Positions 28,764 through 34,141 of a DNA stretch of 34,141 nt are shown here, in pieces. Under the pieces are notes generated by a model. The model saw nothing but the letters and a program-made list of their open reading frames with translations. It did not search any database and was not told the origin of the DNA. Numbering within the stretch: the first letter of the stretch is position 1; every line of letters starts with the position of its first letter. A program made the position numbers and the translations under genes. This stretch comes from Archaeoglobus sp. JdFR-37 (lineage in GTDB: Archaea; Halobacteriota; Archaeoglobi; Archaeoglobales; Archaeoglobaceae): assembly GCA_002010215.1 (NCBI GenBank), contig MTMY01000003.1, positions 124,001 through 158,141 on the forward strand. The letters are read 5' to 3'.

Positions 28764-28863
28764 CGCAGCAGGGGGAAAGCAAGAGTTTAAAAATTTTAGC
28801 TGGCATATGTAGTAACATTAGCAACATCTGGTTTGGTAACGTTTGACGGTATTCTATAGCCCT

Positions 28864-29346
28864 TTAAACCTTGCAACAGTCCTTTGTTAAGTCCGCCATT
28901 TGGACTTCTCTATTATCATCTCGTTCCCCAACAGTAACGCTCTCCAGTATCCTATTAATAAATTCCACGTAAAATTGCCTGCAGCACCTGCCAGACGGAT
29001 TTGTGATGAGGCAATGCCCACCATTTCCTATACCCGTCATTTCCTCCACCTGCTCAACGCTTCTGGCTCCCCTATTTATTGCTTCGATAACATCCTCCTC
29101 TGTAACCTGCTTGCAGTAGCACAACGGCTTTGGTGATCCCTTCTCCTTGAAAAATACCTTTGTCTTGACTTCTTTAACCGTGAACGTAACTGTACCGTTG
29201 AAATACACAACATGGCATTCAGGAGTGGGGCAGAAGTGGAAGTCATCGCTAATCAGGTGCCAGTATTCGGGATTGACATGGCTTCCAACTGTTATTTTCT
29301 TCACTTTCCATCCCTCTGTTCCGCAGATGGGACAAACATACTTCAT
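28864..29346 (-). CDS. Stand-alone CopZ N-terminal-type Zn/[2Fe-2S] (BFD-like) domain protein
   Basis: CPICG.EGW, FC..PEC.VVYF, PLCYC..VT, C..TNPSGRCC; no HMA domain; ends DCCKV. Confidence 0.88.
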   Translation of the reverse strand: MKYVCPICGTEGWKVKKITVGSHVNPEYWHLISDDFHFCPTPECHVVYFNGTVTFTVKEVKTKVFFKEKGSPKPLCYCKQVTEEDVIEAINRGARSVEQVEEMTGIGNGGHCLITNPSGRCCRQFYVEFINRILESVTVGERDDNREVQMADLTKDCCKV

Positions 29347-29984
29347 TTTTCCACCTCCCTGATCTGAATCCCATTATCTGACAGTATCGTAACGACATAG
29401 GGCTTCGGCACCTTTGCCATTATCTCCTGCGGACTGACCAACGATGGGTTGTAAATTACCACAGCCACACCTTTAGCATAGCTGACCTCAGCTTCCATAA
29501 CTCCCTCTGTCTGCAAAAGAGAAGCTCTTATGGCTTCTGCACAGCTTTCACACGTCATACCATCAACTTTCAGCCTGAGTTCCCTCAGCTCTGAGGCTGA
29601 ATTGACGTTAGCGCTGACATCTGTTCCCTCAGATATCGTGGCGGTGACATAGGGTATTATGGCCAAATTGATAACACCAAAGATGGTGGTGAAGGCGAGA
29701 AGGGTTGTGGTTATGAATTTGCTCTCGCTCCTCAACAACTGTTTATAGCTACAGGCACACTGCTTCGCCTTCCTTCGCAGATGGTTCGCGATGGAAAGCA
29801 GAACAAAAGCTATGCCTGCAAGGATAAAGTAGTTTCTGTAGGCTCCCATGGAAGCTGCTAAGCTGAAATTGCCGATGCCAATGAGAAGGAGAAGCAGGGA
29901 GCCGAGACAGCATGCAGACGAGATGAGGCCACCAACTACACCTCTTGTCGTTCCACCGATGCTGCTGATGTCCATTACCATCAC
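29343..29984 (-). CDS. MerT-like transporter fused to a C-terminal HMA (MerP-like) domain
   Basis: SACC in TM1, YR.YF before TM2, CAC in the loop, third TM, then GMTCESC. Confidence 0.85.
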   Translation of the reverse strand: MMVMDISSIGGTTRGVVGGLISSACCLGSLLLLLIGIGNFSLAASMGAYRNYFILAGIAFVLLSIANHLRRKAKQCACSYKQLLRSESKFITTTLLAFTTIFGVINLAIIPYVTATISEGTDVSANVNSASELRELRLKVDGMTCESCAEAIRASLLQTEGVMEAEVSYAKGVAVVIYNPSLVSPQEIMAKVPKPYVVTILSDNGIQIREVEK

Positions 29985-30328
29985 ACCACCTTTTGAAGGG
30001 TTTTCTGGCCAACATCCTCTTCCTTCAGAATCCCGCAGCTGATGAGCTTCTTCTGATATTCAGTCATGTAATCTTCAAGGTCATCCAGAATTTTGCTCAC
30101 TATCTCACTCATCCTGTAAATCCTGTTTTTCCCCCTCTGTTCTACCTCAACGAAACCACAGTTGAGGAGGCATTTCAGGTTGTGGGAAATTCTGCTCTGC
30201 TCGTACCCAAGCCTGTGACATATCTCAGATACGCTCATCTCTCCTTCTCTTCTGAGGAGCGTCACAATGTCGAAGCGGGTTCTGTTAGACAGTACACTCG
30301 CAAAATGTTTCCATGATTCATACATCAT
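29981..30328 (-). CDS. ArsR/SmtB family transcriptional regulator
   Basis: LSNRTRFDI, SVSEI...QSRISHNL.CL..CGFV...GK.RIY; C-terminal SCG. Confidence 0.92.
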   Translation of the reverse strand: MMYESWKHFASVLSNRTRFDIVTLLRREGEMSVSEICHRLGYEQSRISHNLKCLLNCGFVEVEQRGKNRIYRMSEIVSKILDDLEDYMTEYQKKLISCGILKEEDVGQKTLQKVV

Positions 30329-30358
30329 ATGATGCCAATGTCATTTGTTAGTATATAA
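30326..30358 (-). promoter_or_regulatory. TATA box plus inverted-repeat operator for the ArsR-merT/HMA-copZ unit
   Basis: Minus-strand TTATATAC at 30351-30358; CATATGA-N8-TCATTTG (30326-30347) between TATA and start codon. Confidence 0.6.
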
Positions 30359-30442
30359 GGTTTTGCAGGCTGGAGTTTCATGGCTTAATTGAAGATTAAA
30401 TACATCGGACCATATTTAGATATTTTGTAATGGTAAGATTAA

Positions 30443-30460
30443 TTTAGTAGTTGTTCTAAA
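30443..30460 (+). promoter_or_regulatory. Inverted repeat TTTAG-N8-CTAAA, candidate operator of the ArsR-ATPase unit
   Basis: Ends 9 bp before ATG 30470, adjoining an AT-rich TATA-like segment. Confidence 0.45.
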
Positions 30461-30469
30461 GTTTCCTGC

Positions 30470-31054
30470 ATGGGTGAAATATACCAGAAACCCGTCAGGG
30501 TGAAGAGTGTATTGACTATTGACTCTGAAACAGCCAGAGCCCTCGAAGACCCAATCAGAGTAGCTATACTGGAGATTCTCTCAAAAAAGAGTTGTTCCAT
30601 TGTGGAAATTGCCGAAGAATTGAAAAAAATCGGGATAAGAAAAGCTCTCACAACCATTCGACATCATGTTGATATATTGAAAAAAGCAGGATTAATTGAG
30701 CTTACCAAGCTTGAGGACGTGAAAGGAGGAGTTCTGAAGTATTACGCTTCCAATACCAGAGTCCTCCACCAGAACCTGCCTGAAGGGTTCGAAGAGAGGA
30801 TGAAAGAGGCAATAAAGGATGCTAAGGTGGGAATTGAGAAAATTGTAGATGGGCTGGGTGAGAAATACAGAAAAGAGATTCTTGAGGTGGCTAACAGCCT
30901 GAAGCACTGCCCCTACTGCAGCGATGAGCACTTCGTGGAGTACGTTGTAGTTCAGATTCTTAACAGGGCAATTGCTGAGCTTGTCGAAGAGGAGAAGATG
31001 GCTGCTTTGCTGGGTAAAGAGGGGGGTGAAAATGCAGGAAGTGGAGGTGCATGA
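30470..31054 (+). CDS. ArsR-like winged-helix regulator with C-terminal HCPYC..EH motif
   Basis: ALEDPIRVAILEIL, TTIRHHVDILKKAGLI, KYY; overlaps the ATPase start. Confidence 0.88.
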   Translation: MGEIYQKPVRVKSVLTIDSETARALEDPIRVAILEILSKKSCSIVEIAEELKKIGIRKALTTIRHHVDILKKAGLIELTKLEDVKGGVLKYYASNTRVLHQNLPEGFEERMKEAIKDAKVGIEKIVDGLGEKYRKEILEVANSLKHCPYCSDEHFVEYVVVQILNRAIAELVEEEKMAALLGKEGGENAGSGGA

Positions 31055-33236
31055 AAGCAGAATCCTCAGACATCACGTTAAAATAGGAGGGCTGGCTTGT
31101 TCTTTCTGTGTAAGCACCATAAAGAAGGCTCTCTCTGGAGTAAAGGGAGTAAAGAACGTCAGCGTCTCCCTTGTACACGAAGAGGCTCTCGTCGAATACG
31201 ATCCAGCGCTAATTGAACCGTGGGAGATTGATGAGGTGCTTATAAAGCTTGGTTATACTGTCAGAGATCCCAAGAAACTCATGAGCTTTGAAGAGGAGGA
31301 GGCTGAAGTCATACGGGAGAAGAGAAGGCTAATTATCGCAGGTATTATCGTTGGAATCTCGTTATCTATGATGGTTTCCATGTGGATAGGGATGAAGAAG
31401 TGGTGGTTTCCCTATGCCATGTTTTTCCTGGCTCTCCTGATGGTTTTCGTCTTTGGGTGGCCTATACTCAAGATGGCGTATTACTCCCTCAGACGGGGAA
31501 TTTTGAACCAGCACGTTTTAATGGAATTCGCTGCCTTCAGCGGCATAGCTGGCGGTTTGTTGGGTTATGTATTCCCGGAGTTTCCAAGGGCTGATTTCTT
31601 CGCAGTCTCAATTTTCGTCACTGGATACCACATCCTGTCGGGCTATACATCCCTTCTCGTGAGAACAAAAAGCTCACAGGCTGTGAGAAGACTCCTATCT
31701 CTTCAGCCTCCAACGGCAAGGGTTGTGGTGGAGGGAGAAGAGAGAATAGTTCCTGTAGAACGACTTAAGAAGGGAGATATCGTGAAGGTTAAGCCCGGCG
31801 AGACAATTCCGGTGGATGGAGTCGTTGTCCAGGGAGAAAGCGGAGTCAACGAAAGCATAGTTACTGGCGAGTCTCTCCCGGTGGAAAAGAAGTTGGAAGA
31901 TGAGGTCATTTCGGGCTCGATAAACCTAACGGGAGCTCTCCTGATAGAGGTAACCAGAGTTGGAGAGGAGAGCTTCCTTTACAGAGTTGCCAAGTATGTG
32001 GAGGAGGCAAGGGCTTTAAAACCCAGTATTTTGCAGCTTGTTGATAGAATTCTGAAGTACTATGTCCCCTTCGTGATTTTCTTTGCAGTTCTGGGATTTA
32101 TCGTCTGGACTGTAGGTTTATGGATTTTAACTGGAGAACCTGACATCAAAAAGGCCATCTATGCTTCGCTGGCAGCCCTTGTAATGGGATATCCCTGTGC
32201 TCTGGGCATGTCCACACCTCTGGCAATGATAAGGGGTGGTGGGGAAGCAGCGATTAGAGGAATACTCATGAGAAGCGGCGAAGCATTTCAGGTTTTCAAG
32301 GACGTGAAGAAGGTTGTTCTCGACAAAACCGGTACGCTGACGGAAGGTGAGCCGGAAATCGCTGAAATCAGGGTTTTCGAGGGAAATGAGCGCTATTTGC
32401 TTGCTCTGGCTGCATCTCTTGAAAACAATTCGGAGCACCCCATAGCTAGAGCGATAATCAAGGAGGCTGAAAGAAAGAGAGTATCCATCAGAGAGGCCGA
32501 TAATTTCAGAAGTATGGCTGGATTTGGAGTTGAAGGAGTAATAGATGGTAAAAAGGTAGTTATTGGCAGCGTGAGGCTGATGGAGGAGAAAGGGGTGGAT
32601 GTTAGTGATTTCATTGATGACATAAAGGAAATGGAGGAGAAAGGGCAAACCGTTGTCCTTATGGCAGTGAATGGCAGGTTGATCGGTGTGATGGGCATAA
32701 CTGACAGGATAAGGCCTGATGCGAGAGATGCGATTGAGGAAATGAAAAGGCTTGGACTACAACCTGTGATGCTTACAGGGGATGACGAGAGGGTCGGAAG
32801 GGCTGTTGCGGAGAAGCTTGGCATTAAAGAGGTTATTGCAAACGTTTTGCCTGAACAGAAAGCTGAACACATAAGGATGCTTCAGAGAGAAGGCTACAGG
32901 GTTGCCATGGTTGGAGATGGGATAAACGATGCTCCAGCCCTTATGCAGGCCGATGTTGGTGTAGCAATTGGAAGCGGCACAGACATCGCCATAGAGAGCG
33001 CAGACATAATAATCATAGGCAGCAGACTTTCAGCCCTTCTTGATGCCTACAATATAGCAAAGATGAGCTACAACAAGACCAAGCAGAATCTGGCCATAGC
33101 TTTCTCATTCAATGGTATTGGCGTCCCCCTTGCTGTGATGGGCATCGTCCACCCCATCTGGGCAATGATGGCCATGGTGGCAAGCGTGTCGCTGGTTCTG
33201 TTCAACTCTTTCGCAACAAGATTGCTGCAGGTGTGA
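31032..33236 (+). CDS. Heavy-metal P1B-type ATPase with N-terminal HMA domain and YPC motif
   Basis: GLACSFC, TGES, GYPCALG, DKTGT, SEHP, TGD, GDGINDAPAL; ATG 31032 after GGGGTGA SD. Confidence 0.95.
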   Translation: MQEVEVHESRILRHHVKIGGLACSFCVSTIKKALSGVKGVKNVSVSLVHEEALVEYDPALIEPWEIDEVLIKLGYTVRDPKKLMSFEEEEAEVIREKRRLIIAGIIVGISLSMMVSMWIGMKKWWFPYAMFFLALLMVFVFGWPILKMAYYSLRRGILNQHVLMEFAAFSGIAGGLLGYVFPEFPRADFFAVSIFVTGYHILSGYTSLLVRTKSSQAVRRLLSLQPPTARVVVEGEERIVPVERLKKGDIVKVKPGETIPVDGVVVQGESGVNESIVTGESLPVEKKLEDEVISGSINLTGALLIEVTRVGEESFLYRVAKYVEEARALKPSILQLVDRILKYYVPFVIFFAVLGFIVWTVGLWILTGEPDIKKAIYASLAALVMGYPCALGMSTPLAMIRGGGEAAIRGILMRSGEAFQVFKDVKKVVLDKTGTLTEGEPEIAEIRVFEGNERYLLALAASLENNSEHPIARAIIKEAERKRVSIREADNFRSMAGFGVEGVIDGKKVVIGSVRLMEEKGVDVSDFIDDIKEMEEKGQTVVLMAVNGRLIGVMGITDRIRPDARDAIEEMKRLGLQPVMLTGDDERVGRAVAEKLGIKEVIANVLPEQKAEHIRMLQREGYRVAMVGDGINDAPALMQADVGVAIGSGTDIAIESADIIIIGSRLSALLDAYNIAKMSYNKTKQNLAIAFSFNGIGVPLAVMGIVHPIWAMMAMVASVSLVLFNSFATRLLQV

Positions 33237-33300
33237 GGAAAAATTGAAACCTTCAGAAGCTTTAAATGTTAATATGTATAAATAAGTATGGTGATGGATT

Positions 33301-33840
33301 ATGGAGAAGAAAGATAAAGTAGTTCTAGTCGTTGCAATTCTTGCAGCTTTTGCCATAGGTCTTAGCATTGGAAACATGTTCTGGATGAGCAGATATCAGA
33401 CATATCCTTCCCAGACCCCATATCAGCCGATGATGGGGCCAATGCAGGGATACCAGCAGCCCATGATGGGTTATTCTCCACAGCCCGCCCAGTACAAATC
33501 AAATGGCGAACTGATTTTCATGACCGGTGTTAATGAGAAAGGGGAGAGAATACCATTCGTTGGAGGTCCTCAGTGGCTCTATATGCACGGCGGTGGATGT
33601 GCCAGCTGTCATGGAACTGACGGAAAGGGCGGCATATATCCCATGATGTGTGGTGTAAAAACACCTGATATCAGATATTCGACGCTTACCGAAGAGCACG
33701 GGATGACAGAAGAAGACATAAAGAAGGCCATAACCCAAGGCGTAGATGATGAGGGCGAGGAGCTGGATTACTGCATGCCAAGATGGCAGATGAGTGAGAA
33801 GGACCTGAATGATGTGATAGAGTATCTGAAGGAGTTATAA
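33301..33840 (+). CDS. Membrane-anchored monoheme c-type cytochrome with Gln/Met/Pro-rich linker
   Basis: N-terminal hydrophobic helix, CASCH heme motif, distal MPRW methionine, DVIEYL terminal helix. Confidence 0.88.
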   Translation: MEKKDKVVLVVAILAAFAIGLSIGNMFWMSRYQTYPSQTPYQPMMGPMQGYQQPMMGYSPQPAQYKSNGELIFMTGVNEKGERIPFVGGPQWLYMHGGGCASCHGTDGKGGIYPMMCGVKTPDIRYSTLTEEHGMTEEDIKKAITQGVDDEGEELDYCMPRWQMSEKDLNDVIEYLKEL

Positions 33841-33877
33841 TATTTTAGTTATTTTATTCAATATTCACAATGAAGTT

Positions 33878-34141
33878 TCAACGCAGCCTATTCCCACAGA
33901 AGAGTTTCTTAAGGTCCTCGTCATTATAATTCACCAACAACCTTTTTTCCTCCTTAATTGTGGAGGTGACAAAGTGGGTGCCTGTTTTAACAACTCCGTC
34001 TATTGCATGGATTTCTCTTAGAATCCTTTTGAGGTCCTCCTTATCCTTTGCTTTGGCGATGACTATGAAGTCGAAGTCTCCGAGTACGTAGTAGACGGTG
34101 AAGACTCCCGAGATGGATGCCAACTTCTCGCCTATTTCTTC
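33878..34141 (-). CDS. Lrp/AsnC family regulator, C-terminal part (5' end beyond the window)
   Basis: GV..VYYVLGDFDFIV...IDGV..T.T RAM-domain pattern; frame open to the window edge. Confidence 0.88.
   Translation of the reverse strand, partial: EEIGEKLASISGVFTVYYVLGDFDFIVIAKAKDKEDLKRILREIHAIDGVVKTGTHFVTSTIKEEKRLLVNYNDEDLKKLFCGNRLR

Noticed and set aside
28864..33840. Metal locus as a mobile element
   Set aside because: No transposase, integrase, tRNA target or terminal repeats were seen, so mobility cannot be supported from this window.

Overview
A gene-dense archaeal chromosomal window, most likely from Archaeoglobales. This is inferred from a group-I PcrB-type GGGP synthase, an Archaeoglobus-type CopZ N-terminal domain, CimA, TATA promoters and GGTG/GGAGG Shine-Dalgarno sites. 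Core content: the A1AO ATP synthase operon (atpI-K-E-C-F-A-B-D), ether-lipid genes (GGGP and DGGGP synthases), an RNA m5C methyltransferase, Nnr, His-type Thi4, a CPA1 Na+/H+ antiporter, branched-chain amino acid genes (cimA, ilvB, ilvH) and two radical SAM genes. The right end holds a heavy-metal locus with two divergent ArsR-led units (MerT-HMA fusion plus stand-alone CopZ Zn/2Fe-2S domain; YPC-motif P1B ATPase), followed by a c-type cytochrome. The most interesting signal is missing from the ORF track: a 24-codon Leu/Val/Ile-rich leader ORF (24213-24287) directly upstream of ilvB. It starts at the predicted transcription start, overlaps mutually exclusive RNA helices, and is followed by a 6-codon mini-ORF coupled to the ilvB start, which together resemble an archaeal ribosome-mediated attenuator. 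Other items absent from the track: a 52-aa membrane microprotein after atpD, a 43-aa four-CxxC zinc-finger microprotein after thi4, a secreted-protein gene broken by one in-frame TGA, and a canonical G-quadruplex motif between convergent genes. No rRNA, tRNA, CRISPR array, transposase or intein was recognised. All family calls come from motif recognition, not database searches.
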